A DNA stretch of 64,000 nucleotides, taken from Podarcis filfolensis. Lineage: Eukaryota. Below the pieces are notes generated by a model, which saw only the letters and a program-made list of their open reading frames with translations, was not told the DNA's origin and ran no database searches. The stretch's first letter is position 1. Every line of letters starts with the position of its first letter. The stretch lies in the NCBI GenBank assembly GCA_964270895.1, contig OZ185450.1. The stretch is one strand, 5' to 3'. This document shows, piece by piece, positions 22,764-36,167 of the stretch. Made by a program: the position numbers and the translations under genes.

Positions 22764-23744
22764 TCTGCAAGTACCCTGAGATGCTCCTATGCTACCTCCC
22801 CAAACTCTCTCCCTTCTATCTTATAGGTACCATAAATAAATGCATCTTCTATGTGCCAGCTGCCCTGGGACCTTGGAAACCATAACCTCCTCTGTGTTCT
22901 GTTGCTTTTTTGCCAGAGTGCATGCTGTTATTTACAGATTGCGTTGACTTAACCCCTGCCCCACTCCCTGGGTCCAGTCTATTTGTTTCCTCCATTCCTG
23001 GTGGTCGCTAATGCACAAAATTTGTCTCCGAGTCTCTCAACAAGGCTTCCCATTATAAACAGGCAAAAAGAAGAAAGTAAAGGGACAGGGCTCATGGAGC
23101 GTTGTGGTTCAGCAATTACTCTCAATCTGTGCCTTCCTCAGTGGAGAGATAAAATGGCTGGTAGCATCCAGCAGGGGATGCTGCAGAAAAGACTATATTA
23201 AATCTCATTTTATAGGGGCAAAGAGGTGTTGGGAAAAGATAATAATGTATTCCGCAGGCTGGAATCTGGCAAATAAACATCCGGCTTGGAACTGGATCCG
23301 TGTTTTATTTGCTAGGCGGTGCACTTAAATGGTCTCAGCTGGATTGGGATTTTAAAAAGCTTTATGGCTTTAGATTTTATTTACTGCTCTTGTGTCCATC
23401 AAAATACAGCTTTACTTTAAAGTGTTTTGGGTTTTTATTTTATTTTATTTAATGGAACAATAACATCACAAAACTCGTAAGGAAATCCCTACTCCATGTA
23501 CTTTCATACAGGGTTTTTCCCAGATGAGAGTCTTAATTTCATTTTTGAATTTATTAAATTTATATTCTGCCATTCATCAAGAGACCACAGGCCAGTTTAC
23601 CACATAAAACACAACATACATAATATAAATAATAATAAAAGGAGGGGGGAGACAAATACCAGAGAGAAAGAGAGAGAGAGATATGGTTTTGGAGAATTAG
23701 ATGCATGCTGTTTGTTTATCTGTCTCATTTATATTCCACTTTTC

Positions 23745-23940
23745 CTCCAAGGAGCTCGAGGTACTGTCCATCGTTCTCATCCTTTCTGTTTCATTCTCAC
23801 AACAACCCTGTGAGGTTGGTTAGGCTGAAAGGTAGTGACTAGTCCAAGGCTATCCTGTTAACTTCATGGCTGAGAGGGGATTTGAACCCTGGTCTCCTAG
23901 GTCTACATCCAGAGTTCTAACCACTACACCACGGTGGTTC
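23745..23940 (-). mobile_element. MIR-like CORE SINE
   Basis: CAAGGAGCTCGAGGTA..ACAACAACCCTGTGAGGTTGGTTAGGCTGA..TTCATGGCTGAGAGGGGATTTGAACCCTGGTCTCC. Confidence 0.7.
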
Positions 23941-24846
23941 AAGATGTCTTTCCACAAATACTGTGTAAGTATTTTTGTGGATGATAGCATACTACTTGAT
24001 AAGGACACTGAAAGAGTGGAAATTGCTGGTGCTTTTTATTCCTTCCATATCTGGAACAGAAATCAATCAGTTGCTTTTGTTTATATGCAATCATTACATA
24101 ATTGATCACCACCACCTCCCCATTTGCTTTGTGCTTCCTCTGCACTTAAATGAATGGTGTGGAATAGCATAAGGATAAAATAATCAAGTATGTAAAAATT
24201 CTGCCACAGCGAGATGAACAACACAGCTTTTGTCAGAAGCCAAGCTGCAGCGGAATGGAAATGGCGCTGCATTGAAATCAATGCCACCCTACATCTCTGC
24301 TTGTACAGTGCAACTATGGTGTACACAGACTATACACTCATTGCTTGTGAATAAGTCCATGAGTGTATAGCTGAACAGTCTGTACAGATTGTTCACTTGT
24401 TGAATGTAACTTGTGAACACCCTTTATGTTGAGGCCAATTGTGGAAGCGTTCAGAGGCCTGCTGTGAGCAGCTTCCCAGTGCTCATTTCAGTGCATCCAG
24501 AGTCTGCCATTGCTCCTGTTGGGTTTCCAGTAAGCCAACAGCAGCCCAGGGCAGCAACATGGAGGGTAGAATGAGTTTGTGTATGCCCACTAACCATGTG
24601 TCATGGGAGAAAGCAGGAGCCAAGCAGTACACATCCAGCAGTAGAAATAGGGGAGAGAAGAAAGAAGGTGCAGACAGCAACAGAAGAAGGAGAAACAGAA
24701 GAAGGGAAGAACTCAATCTTCCTGTCTATCTGCCTTGACTTCTGATTTCCACTTCTACCCCATTCTGACATTCACTTGCTGCTTTTGCAACGTGACCCCT
24801 GCATAACCTGGAGAATGCTATTGTTTCTTGCTTTGTTTCAACTATT

Positions 24847-25200
24847 GGTAAAGGTAAAGGTACCCCTGACTGTTAGGTCCAGTCGTGGCCCACTCTGGGG
24901 TTGTGGCACTCATCTCGCTTTACTGGCCGAGGGAGCCGGCGTACAGCTTCCGGGTCATGTGGCCAGCATGACTAAGCTGCTTCTGGCGAACCAGAGCAGC
25001 GCATGGAAACACCATTTACCTTCCCGCCAGAGTGGTACCTATTTATCTACTTGAACTTTGACGTGCTTTCGAACTGCTAGGTTAGCAGGAGCAGGGACCG
25101 AGCAACGGGAGCTCACCCTGTCGTGGAGATTCGAACCACCAATCTTCGGATCGGCAAGCCCTAGGCTCTGTGGTTTAGGCCACAGTGCCACCCGCGTCCC
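24847..25200 (-). mobile_element. Sauria SINE, full length
   Basis: Reverse complement of the 7661 element, with complete head (..GCCACCCGCGTCCC) and (AAAGGT)n tail. Confidence 0.93.
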
Positions 25201-26199
25201 TTTCAACTATTTGTAGTAAAGTATTTATTCAGCTAAAAATGGAAAGGGTGTCAGAGTGGCTTCCAGATATCAGTTCTGCCAGCCCTTGCCATCAGCCTTG
25301 TAGCCTAAATGACACGACACAAAAGGAAAATGGACTGGGGAAGCAGGAGGAGAGAAAAAAGAAAGCTCATACACTAGTTCTTAGTAATGAACAGCTGGAA
25401 TGGATAGAGTTCAAGGAGGAGAGGAGCTAATAGTTGCTGGTCTCTCAGCTGAGCCAATGGGGACACCCTCTGTTGTAGATAGGATGGAATCACTGACGGT
25501 AGATCACAACACTTCTAACCTCTGTCCTACTACCCATTGGATTGATAGTTGACTCTCCATAAGCCATGAAACCGGACACCTGGAGACTAGCCTTTTCTTG
25601 ATGCTGGCACATGATGTGGTGTTCATTCTGTCTTCATGTAACTATTAACATGGATCCGGCTTCCTCCTTCACCTATAAACATTCATTGAAAGTGTGATGG
25701 TGGTGGGCAATCCATCTTTTGCCCCCTTTAGCCACCCTGACTCCTAACACAGCAGAGTGATTAAAGGGTGCTAAAGGGTACCAAATCTATCTTAAGTGAC
25801 CTTGAGCATGTGCCTTTAGCGTTCCCTGCTGGGATCATCATTCATTCCATGTTCAACTTAATCTGCACTATCCTGGAAGAACAAAGAGAGAGAAGGGAAG
25901 CTTTTAGTGCTGAATTTTCCTGCCTCGCATTCAGAGATTTTATTTTTAAAAAATTACCAACATGATTGGGATGCTTGACAGATTCCATCTTTTTGAATTC
26001 CAGTATGAGCTGACCTGCTCTTGAACTAATGTAGGAATTGGAACATCGTTGTCCAGAGGTTTCCCAAAATAACCAAAACAATGATTGGTGTGTGTGTGTG
26101 CACATGCACAATCGTATCCTGCTGTCTTCTACTTAGAGTAGACCCATGGAAATGAACGTACCTAAATTAGTTGTGTTTATAGCTAAAAAAGCTATAGCA

Positions 26200-26473
26200 T
26201 AGGGGCCCACTCTCTTGGGGCCCCCAAATATACCTCTTAATTGCATTTCAGTTCAACAATTACTTTGATAAAATACATATTTTGTTATGTGCAAATGGCT
26301 TTAGATACCTATTAGGTCCATAAATTACCATATAGCATAGATTCTTCAACAACAACAACAACAACAACAACAACAAAACAGTGACAATTTGTTATTGACA
26401 AAGGACAGCTGGACATATAAAGGGCCCCATGACCTTCAGTAGCTTAGGGCCTCATCAAACCTAAATCCGGCCC
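26200..26473. mobile_element. hAT-type MITE fragment (one end, ..AATCCGGCCCTG), internal (CAA)n
   Basis: The right end resembles that of 22419-22763. No left TIR found. Confidence 0.45.
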
Positions 26474-27779
26474 TGGTTGTGTCTTATTAATTTCAGCAGG
26501 TCCTTGTGCAAAAGTGACACAGGCTGGAAACAGAGTGATCTATCCACCCCTGCTCACAAAGTTACTTTGAAGTCTGTGGTGTGTTGACAAAATCAAGCCC
26601 AACTCCCTTTTACATTAGGAGCAATCCACACACCGGCAATGAGGTGTGTGGTGCGTTTCCAGCTGCTCGGGATTTTTGGCACATGCTCCAGTGTGGGCTA
26701 TGCTCGCTAAATGGCCTACATCTACTTGAGGGAAGAAATTCAGTTCTTTGTTAATTAGGAAGCCAGCGAGCTTTTTGTTGCATATATATATATATAATAC
26801 ACAGAGAAGTGAAATTTGTGCATGGACTGTATTCAGGCTCTTGGCTGCATATTCACTTTATCAGCAGAACACACTGTTCTACTGGGACGCTGATTCTAGG
26901 TCAGCCATAAAGGGATCCTTCCCCCATTTTCATGTGTATTTATTTCAGTGTATTCAGGGCAGCTCTTGGAACACAAAACTGCAGTTGTGCTTTTTTCCTT
27001 TCTCCCACCCGCAACCCCTCCACCCAAACCAAAGGATATTGATTTTGGAATAATGCCTTCAACACCATGCCCTTCGGTTATGCTGGATACTGATGAGCTC
27101 AGCATTTTCTCCCCCAAAGCTAAGGGAGGGTGCTAAGGGAATCCCAGAACTGGGAACTCAGAGGCATCCGGATGTTAACAATTCATCATCGCGGCAATAG
27201 GGAAGGCACAGGTTGCATAATGATGCATCAACAAGTCTCAGCTCCTTTCAGGCTTCTCGGGAAGGGATGCTCTAAAAAGTTCATCTGTGAGGTAGAAGAG
27301 TCTGAGGGGCAGACTGAGAAAATATGCTATTTCCTTCAAAAGCTGCTGTCACAATTTATTAGTCATTCGTCAAGGTGTGACAGGACTCATTTTGTTTTGC
27401 CACAACCAGCTAGTGCAGCTGCTCTTCAGGAATTTTTGAGGCGGAGGTGTGGGAAGATTTAGAATGTGTGGGACTCATTGGACTTGTTTCCCCTCCCCCT
27501 TGAACTTCAACCCCCACCTTCCTTTTCAATTCATTGAGTGAGTCCCCTGAGTAGGAATTAAAATGAACGCTGTGTCAAAAAAACAAAAAACAAACCCACC
27601 TTCCAATTTCTTGAAAATGTTCTTCCCCTGTGAAAGAGGCTCCAATCTTTCTGCTTTGTTTTCAGAGCATGTTATAATTTCCACAGAAGTTTGGTGCATG
27701 GTTTTGAAATTACCTTGTGGCGGCGAAAAAACCTGAGGGTGGTGTGTGCTTTCTCCTCTCTTTCCAGGAAACATTGCAC

Positions 27780-28312
27780 CAGAAGCTGCCCAAATTGGAT
27801 GTTGTTAAAAAGATTAGGCAAATTCATGGAGGAAAAGGCGATCAATGGCTACTAGCCACAATGGCTATGTTCTACCTCAGCAACTTTTCCAGCAGGGGGC
27901 CGGTCCACTGTCCCTCAGACCTTGTGCGGGGGCCAGACTATATTTTGAAAGAAAAAAAAATGAACAAATTCCTATGCCCTACAAATTATCCAGAGGTGCA
28001 TTTTAAATAAAAGGACACATTCTACTCATGTAAAAGCACACTGATTCCCGGACCATCCATGGGCCAGATTTAGAAGGCGAATGGGCCGGATCTGGCCCCC
28101 GGGTCTTAGTTTGCCTCCCCATGTTCTACCTCCACTGTCAGAGGAAGTATGCCTCTAAATGCCAGCTGCTGGAAACCAGAGGCAGGGAGAATGATCTTGT
28201 CCTCAGGCCCTGTTTACATGTTTCCCACAGGCATCTGGTTAGCCATTGCGAGAACAGGATGCTGGAGTACTGACAGGCCTTTGGCCTCACCCAGTGGGAC
28301 TCTTCTTGTGCC
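27780..28312 (+). mobile_element. CR1-clade LINE 3' end interrupted by a hAT MITE
   Basis: GGCAAATTCATGGAGG..ATCAATGGCTACTAGCC..TTCTACCT|CCACTGTCAGAGG..GGCATCTGGTTAGCCA..GGATGCTGGA; matches 12870-13204. Confidence 0.75.
27878..28123 (+). mobile_element. Charlie-like hAT MITE, copy 1 (first ~7 bp of left TIR missing)
   Basis: 8-bp TSD TTCTACCT (27870-27877 and 28124-28131). Body nearly identical to 38856-39110. Confidence 0.85.
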
Positions 28313-28986
28313 CTGGCTTTTTGCGCTTCCTGATCTGAAAAAAAGCCTCTTGGGAGAAGTTGCCTCATGATACCTTTCTCTGGGTTTTCACTGAAGCCTG
28401 GACACCCAGGGAAGCTGCAGAGCGCAGGCCACTGGGGAGATGATTGGTAGCATGAAAGAAAACACACCCACAAACACCCACCAGCCACCTCAAAAGTAAA
28501 TCAGTCTTAACAAAAACCCTGAAAACTCACCCATGAGAATTTCACCAAAGTTTCCAAATTCCAAAAAGTTGACTTTAAGCAAAGGTTAGCAGGGAATAAA
28601 AGAACAAGGTCTGAGTTTTTGTATGGAAGGCCACAGGGGGCAGCGACTATTTCTGACTTAAGTAGATCCATCCAATTTATTCATTTCTGTGAAAGACTTG
28701 GCTGAGAAGTTAACTAAGTACCCTCTTTTAAAACAATTCTCTGAAAAGCAAAGCAAGGCTCTTTCTGTTACAAGGGCTCTTAATCCTTTCTCCTTCCAAG
28801 GTAAGGAACAAATCATGTTTGGAAGACATGAGGGTTTAGTAAAGGACGGCTACATATTCAGAAAGCATGCTTAAGCTGCCCACATTTATAGTAGGGTGTT
28901 GCCTTGAGAAACCATTGTTTTCAATCTACAGCCTTGAGAAAATAAGATTGCAAGCCCTCTAACATTTTTCTGATGAAAATAGGGAT

Positions 28987-29021
<35 letters not shown>

Positions 29022-30351
29022 CCTGCCCATCTGACTGGGTTGCCTAGTTACTCTGGGCAGCTTCCAATATCTATAATACAACATTAAATAGATGCCTTCA
29101 GATGTTTTCTGTTGTATAGTTTGTATAGTTACTTACCTCCTTGGCTCAGGAGTCACTTAACTCCATACCCTCCAACATTTCTCCGATGAAAATAGGGATG
29201 TCCTAAGGAAAAGTGGGACATTCCAGGATCAAATCAGAAACTGGGATGGCTTCTGTAAATCTGGGACTGTCCCTGGAAAATAGGGACACTTGGAGGGGTC
29301 TGAGATCAGGACCTGTCAGTTATAAACATGGGCCATCCATTGGCTACAGGTAGTTTTCTTGACAATCCTGTCCAAATTCATCATTCTTTGACAGGAGGGC
29401 TCTAATAATATTGCTGGCGTGTGTGAAAGAGAGAGTGGTCTGGTGCATGGGGCTCACCCCATGGGAGAGATAGAGTCAAAGAGGCACTGCTAGACATGTT
29501 TGCACAGGTTATAATTTGGGGTTGCAGCAACCCTCTGGGGATCAGTAGGAACCTTTGCTTTATCAGAGGTGTGGAAGACAGCTTTTGTATTGTTGCATGC
29601 CACCCCCACCCCAATCTCTGAGTGATGAGAGATTCAAAGGGTTCAAGGCACTTTCCCAGAGTTTGTTTTCCTTGGAAGGAGGGAAAGCAGAGACATTGAG
29701 GACTTTCCTTCCTGCTGGCTCTGTGTCTCTCCAGGGGAAGGACTTGGGGAGAAATAGTTCAGTAACTGCTTGACATTTCCAGCTTCTGTTGTTTTTTCCC
29801 CTGGGAGCTCTGCAGACCCCCTCTCTCCTTCCCTGATAACAGAGGGGAGGCCCCCAGTGTGTGCTGCTGGCCTGTAGTTCACAGAGCTCTTGCGGCAACC
29901 AGAAAGCCTCAAGGCGTAGCTGCCTCTGTACAGTCTGCCGTCTGGGATGAGGGGGAGGAAATAATCAGTAATGGGAAGGCACTGGTGAATGTAATGACAA
30001 AGAGGGATTTCAGTTCCCATCATGGTCCCTATGCAGTGTCCTGGCTGGCACAGTCATCTCTCATTCACACTGCTGCACCCTCCCAGGAATGTATTTGAGA
30101 TGCACCCATGCACTGTAAGGGTACTGTCATTTATAAGAGGACCGCAGAAGTACAGCTCTCACTGCAAGATTTTGCATGACCCTGGGTATTTGCAGAAGGG
30201 CATTTTCTCTTCCTGTATAACTAGCTCAGTCCCTGTTTGGGGGGCACGTTATATGTGTGTACTGTGTCTCCCCCCCCCCAATAAAACATTCTCACTGCCA
30301 TTGTCGTCCAGTTCCAGAAACAGCTGTCCACAGCTAATTTATTTCCTAATG

Positions 30352-30483
30352 NNNNNNNNNNNNNNNNNNNNNNNNNNNNNNNNNNNNNNNNNNNNNNNNN
30401 NNNNNNNNNNNNNNNNNNNNNNNNNNNNNNNNNNNNNNNNNNNNNNNNNNNNNNNNNNNNNNNNNNNNNNNNNNNNNNNNNNN
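30352..30483. other. Assembly gap (132 N)
   Basis: Run of N. Confidence 0.99.
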
Positions 30484-31683
30484 AATAGGAATATTAAGTG
30501 TGACACCGGTCTCAGAGATGCTCTGCTCAGTAATTACAACACCCGGGCTGCAAAAGATTTGATAAAAGGAGATGGGGAGATTTAAGAGAAATAAATAAGA
30601 CAGCTCTATTTATGTCTCTCTTCCTCCTCACCCTTCTGCCATCCTTTAAAGGGATTGGTAAAGTTTCTTCCTTCCTTTCCCCACATTTCAAAATCAAACT
30701 TGAACTTTCCAATTTGCAAAAAAATGACTCACTATACCAAAGGTATTTTAATGCTGATATAATCTAATGGTTTTGCATTTTGAGGGAATGTCTGAACTGC
30801 AAATGCAATCCAGTTTGAAACTAGTTTATCTCATTTTACTTTATCCCAAGACTGCATACTCACCATACATTTAAAGCACCTAGAATGCAGGGAATTGTAG
30901 TCTGTGAAGGGTGCTGGGAAATGCAGCTCTTTGGGGGTAAATTACAGCTCCCAGGATTCTTTGGAAAAAGCCATGTGCTTTGAGTGCATGCTGTGTGCAC
31001 AACCTTTGAGCCTTGGGAATTGTATTGGGGAGGGGGTGGATTCCTTTTTGCTTATCCCTTTCACGACATTCCGGTTCTTGATATTATTGAGGCGGCGGTG
31101 GCAACCATGGCAGTGAAACTGGGGCAAAACCAGTTTATGTCTATACCTTAAACATATCTCTAGTACTATGGAGACTCTCTCCTTTTACCAACTGCCCCCA
31201 CCACTGCAGGAAAGAACTCTTATTTCTTTTGGTAATGTGTGTACAAATGCATGACTCAAGTCTGCTGAAGGGGGTCATCAACGTAAGCTAAATGAGGCTA
31301 AGTATGCACTTTGATTCGGCTTGAAAGCCATGGACCGGGGATTTCTCCTCTTGACAGTGAAGGGAACTCCCTGCTCCCCACACACATTTTCAAAGGAGCC
31401 AGCGGGTTTGGTGTCTTCCGCACGTGGATTATCAATGGCAGCCTGCCAAGCTTGGCTGCCTACCAACTCATTTATATATAATGCTCCTTTCCTCCACATC
31501 AAGATATCCAGGCAAACAAATGGAAAAGACCGTTTTAAGGGCTGTATCTAGAACTCCCATCAGCAGCAGCAGTGCCAGGTGAAAGATGCATGCCCAGAGA
31601 ACATTGTGCACTGTTTCTAGGTATCTCACCAGCCACATTGTCCTGCTGCATAGTCAAAGTTGATCCTTTTCTTTCTTCTGCAG

Positions 31684-31818
31684 CCGTGGGATTCATGAGC
31701 GAAGACGAGTACTTGGAGATCACTGGCATCACTCGGGAGCAGTCAGGGGAGTACGAATGCAGTGCATCCAACGATGTCGCCACTCCTGTTGTGCGGAGAG
31801 TAAAAGTCACAGTGAACT
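31684..31818 (+). CDS. NTM: Neurotrimin exon, second half of Ig domain 2 (135 nt, phase 1 to 1)
   Basis: Pyrimidine tract plus CAG acceptor, GTGAGT donor. Encodes (A)[44 protein letters not shown], nearly identical to chicken CEPU-1 and human NTM as I recall them. Confidence 0.97.
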
Positions 31819-32229
31819 GTGAGTATTGGGTAGGTTGTTGCAGGGCAGGGTGTAGGTTGCTGCAGCTTAGCAGTAGTGGGGGGGTGCTGCTGGAAAGATT
31901 TCCACAGTCTTTCTTGGTGCATTTTCTGTGTTTTCTTGGCATATTCTCTGCACCTTTTAATACCTGCAAGAGATAAATTAAATACCTGCAAGAGATAAAA
32001 TAAGAGCATATGAAGCTACCTTACATGAAGCTGGTCCAACCTGAAACCTTCTGAGTCGTACCCAATGTAGCGCTAAGTTAAAGTTATGTAGCAGTATACT
32101 TGTTTCACTGGCAAAAAAAAAAGGGTTTGTGCTAGCAGAATGTCATTGAGCATGAGAATGCATAAGCAGATTGCTGGTCACTTTATTGCATTGTGGATTG
32201 ACCATTCTGTTGCATGAGTTCTGCTAGTG

Positions 32230-32365
32230 CAGGCATAGGCAAACTTGGCCCTCCAGATGTTTTGGGACTACAGCTCCCATCATCCCTAGCTAACAGGACC
32301 AGTGCTCAGGGATGATGGGAATTGTAGTCTCAAAACATCTGGAAGGCCGAGTTTGTCTATGCCTG
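32230..32365. mobile_element. Hairpin hAT-type MITE, intact
   Basis: TIRs CAGGCATAGGCAAAC / GTTTGTCTATGCCTG. Perfect 8-bp TSD TGCTAGTG (32222-32229 and 32366-32373). Almost wholly palindromic. Confidence 0.9.
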
Positions 32366-33159
32366 TGCTAGTGCGACGGTTGTGTTGGATTCCTCTGTTG
32401 CAGAACACTAAAACTCAGCCATCCACTAAAGAATGTTGGATATAGCGCCCTGCATGAAAAGTGCATGCTTTGCCTTTGAGCTACAAACCAACATTTGTTG
32501 CACCACAGTAAATCTTCCAAAAGGGGGCTGAACAGTAACATGGTAAATTGGGAGCATCTCTTTCTAGTGACATCCCAGCAGAAATGATGCTGCCTAGGCC
32601 AGATGTCCAGTTCACCCAATGAATGGGTCACACTTGTCTGCATGCTTGCATACTGATTTACACACATACCCCGCATTTCAGAACTCAGACAAGTGCACAC
32701 ATTTCTCATTCACACACAGGTAAGTCCGTAGTCAATTAGGCATACACATGTGTTTGTTGTCACATTCCTGCATGGACTCGCATGCATTTGCACACATGAG
32801 CATTCTCAAAACACACATCTTGCACCAACAGGACTTGAAAAGTGGCAGAGAGTTGAGGATGCATTGATCAAGTGGGCAGGAGTTAGAAAGTGGAACTGTG
32901 TGGGCAGTGGTAGTGTCTAAGAGATAGTTTGGAGCTGGTTCCTTTGAGAATGCGTGTAAAATAGCCTTTGAGTATTCACTGCCAGGATCTGATCACTGAC
33001 TCTTCAAGCGCATCTGGCCAAGTAACCTTCTGTCGTTGGCAGTTTGTTTTTGGCACAAGCAAAACTCTGGAGAGGGGAAGGACCTTGAAGAAACAGCAGA
33101 GCAAACTGATTTTCCAAAGCCACAGAGAACAACCCCTCAACTTGTCCCTTTCTCTACAG

Positions 33160-33280
33160 ACCCGCCATACATCTCAGATACTAAGAACACCGGGGTGCCG
33201 GTGGGACAAAAAGGCATCCTCCAGTGTGACGCCTCTGCAGTTCCATCAGCTGAGTTCCAGTGGTACAAGGATGACAAAAG
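33160..33280 (+). CDS. NTM: Neurotrimin exon, first half of Ig domain 3 (121 nt, phase 1 to 2)
   Basis: TCTCTACAG acceptor, GTACAT donor. Encodes (Y)[39 protein letters not shown](R). Confidence 0.97.
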
Positions 33281-34054
33281 GTACATGAAGGATTAGTTGT
33301 AACTGATATTAGGATATTTCAGCAGGACCTATCCTCACCATCACTGCATCAGAATTTACTTGCTCTCTTAGAAAACGGACAGCCGCTCCACCCTAAGTAC
33401 AGTCAGCATGGTGCTGGTGGGGTAGATGAGCACATTTCTCTGCAGTCGTTCAGCGACTGAGTGTGGATAAAGAACTGGGGCTAATTCTATGGAAGGATGA
33501 ATTTCATTTTTAGTTTTCCTCTGTTTCTTATTTCCCCAAATTTATTAAATTCAGTTTGCTCCCATTTCCATAAATAGGGTAGCACATATTTTCTATTAAA
33601 AACTCTTTGCAGAACAAAACTCATTCCCATTTCTGAACTCTTTTCTCTTTCTGTATGTATTTTCAATGCAATTCCAGTTAACATATATGTGCCTGGAGGC
33701 AGGGTCACTATTATATATATTTCCTCTACTATACATCTTTTGTACTCTCTCTCTCTCTATTCTCAGAGAACTTCAGTGCAAAATTTTAAAAAGGGCACAT
33801 TTTGGAAGGTTTCGCTCATGTTTTGGTTTGTAAAGTGTTAATTAAGCAGGATCACAATGAAATGCAAAGTGAATGACCCCCCCCCATTAATGTTTCAAAG
33901 CAGGGGGATTAACTTCCAAACTTGTAAGGGAATCTGCTAGCATTTGTCCAATGTTACTTTTAGCTTTGCTGTCTTCAATTCCTGCCTTCACACTCGCTTG
34001 CCACTTTTTCTTCTTCCACCCAACTTCTTATTATCCCCGTTGTCAACATTGAGA

Positions 34055-34360
34055 CCATCTGCACTATATGTTTAAAGCACTATGATACCACTTTAAACAG
34101 TCAAAGCTTCCCCAAAGAATCATGGGAACTATAGTTTCTTAAGGGTGCTGACAATTGTTAAAAGAGTCCCATTTGCCTTACAGAGTTGCAGTTTCCATAG
34201 TGGTTTAACAATCAGTCACCCTTGCCAGAGAACTCTGGGTAATGTAGGGGGGAATATCAACTCTCAACACCCTTCACAAACTACAGTTCCCATGATTCTT
34301 TGGTGGAAACCTGGAATGTTTAAGTGGCACAGTACTACTTTAAATGCAGGGCACAGATGG
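34055..34360. mobile_element. Long palindromic MITE (TTTAAAGCAC...CTTTAAATG family)
   Basis: Self-complementary arms. Sister copies at ~30850-31000, 36168-36835, 39285-39605 and ~43360-43520. Superfamily not determined. Confidence 0.6.
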
Positions 34361-35815
34361 GGTCTTAGATTGTATGCTCCTTAAAATTAGGGACCTTTTC
34401 CCTGTACGCTGCTCAGCAAAGTAGATTGATGGCACTGAGTTAAGAGTAATAATACTGCAAGCAAGTGGTAATCTTCTGCATGTGGCACAGCCCCTTCACC
34501 CCAATATCCTCATCTGTGTGTCTAACATGGAATTATGCTTAATAGCAGCCCTCATTGCCAAAGTTCATTGGTACAGCAAGGCTCCACTGTAACAATTCCA
34601 CCCCAGTTTGTGAGTGAGACTTACTTATCAAATTAGAATCATTCTCTGCTTGTGTAATTCCCACAGAAATCCCCAGACCTTGGAGCTCTCCTCTGCTAAT
34701 TATCTCCACAGTGCAGAGGTCCATTGAAAACACAAATTTGGAGATATTGTCCATTTGATTAAGGCATTTGTTTTAAGTTGTGGATCACGTGGTGAGCTTC
34801 CAATGTGCTGTCAGTCAGGATCAAAAGCCAGGGCAATAACACAGAGCAAGAGGCTGTGGGGAAAAGTAGCTAAGCATAGCACACACACAAACAAAGAGAC
34901 ACACACATTGTCTTTTTCTTTTAAGCAGCATACAAGAGTATCAGGGTGGGGGAATCAGGTACCAAAGAGGGGAGACACAGGCTATGGGGGGTGTAACTGT
35001 GGGGGAAAACTAAAGTGTCTTACATCTACCAAATATGCTCAGCAACCTCATTTCATTCCCCCAGCAGACACTTTGCAGAGTTCTTCAGCTGCATCCTGTT
35101 CCTTTGCCTAGTGTCTGTTCCTTGTGTGTAAAATAAGGCATGGCATGGAGAGAGTGGATAGAGAAAAGTTTCTCTCCCTCTCTCATAACACTGGAACACA
35201 TGGACATTCAAGGAAGCTGAATCCTGTAAGATCCAGGTCAGACTAAAGAAAGTCTTTCATGCAGCACATAGTTAAACTATGGAACTCGCTGGCCTCTTCC
35301 CTCCCTTCCTACTGCAATCTGATTTGAAGGTCCTTTCTAGTGTAGCATTAGAATTCACAGTCTCCTCCTTTGGAATTCACTGAGCCGGTGCAAGTTTCAT
35401 TGGAATTGTTTATCTGTGCTGTGGACAAATCAATGGAGTCTCCTTAAAAGGCAGCTGGCAAAGGAATCTTCTGCCTTGAGCTGTTTGTTCTGGCAGGATC
35501 TGCAAGGTGGAGAAGGAAAGGACGCTTGAATCCAATGATCCCACATCACGAAAGTGCTTCTCAGCTCCAGATAAATGGCTTAGATAACCCATTCCAATTT
35601 TATGTTTTTGATGAAATCTCTCCATACAAGGGATCACGTGGACCCAAAAAATGGCATCAGAATTGGCCCCTGGTGAATGCTCAGATCTAATTATGGTGCT
35701 CGAATGCAGTCAGTTATAGGCAGCAATGCCAGCTAACTCTGTTAGCTTCCATCACGGACTTGTCACCATTTCTTGGTCTTCCTCTTTTTATCTTTGCTAT
35801 CTCCTATTACTTCAG

Positions 35816-35967
35816 GCTCATTGAAGGACAGAAAGGGTTGAAAGTGGAAAACAAGGCCTTCTTCTCCCGCCTGACTTTCTTCAATGTCTCTGAGCAGGAC
35901 TATGGAAACTATACCTGTGTGGCCTACAACCAGCTAGGAAACACCAACGCCAGCATCATTCTGTACG
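35816..35967 (+). CDS. NTM: Neurotrimin exon, second half of Ig domain 3 (152 nt, phase 2 to 1)
   Basis: TTACTTCAG acceptor, GTAAGT donor. Encodes (R)[50 protein letters not shown] with the Ig DxGxYxC motif and three N-glycosylation sequons (NVS, NYT, NAS). Confidence 0.97.
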
Positions 35968-36167
35968 GTAAGTAAAGCATGTCCTGGTATTCCAGTGGGA
36001 TCGTATATGGTCAAGGAGATGTGGGAGGGGTGGACAGGTGAGTTTAAAAACCCTCTCTTTTCAAGTCTGGGAAAGGTGGGCAGGGGGGCTACTGGACTCA
36101 TGTCCTACACATGGGCTTCCCTTTGGCACCAAGTTGTCCACTGTAGTAGCAGACTGCTAGACTAGGG

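Noticed and set aside
30022-30585. 187-aa ORF
   Set aside because: It is read through an N gap.
1-31683. Upstream NTM exon encoding the first half of Ig2 (ending ..WRHISPK)
   Set aside because: Not found by eye in any frame. It probably lies upstream of the window, as this intron is long in other amniotes.
31959-31999. 22-bp tandem duplication AATACCTGCAAGAGATAAA
   Set aside because: A simple local slippage duplication in intron sequence, with no functional indication.
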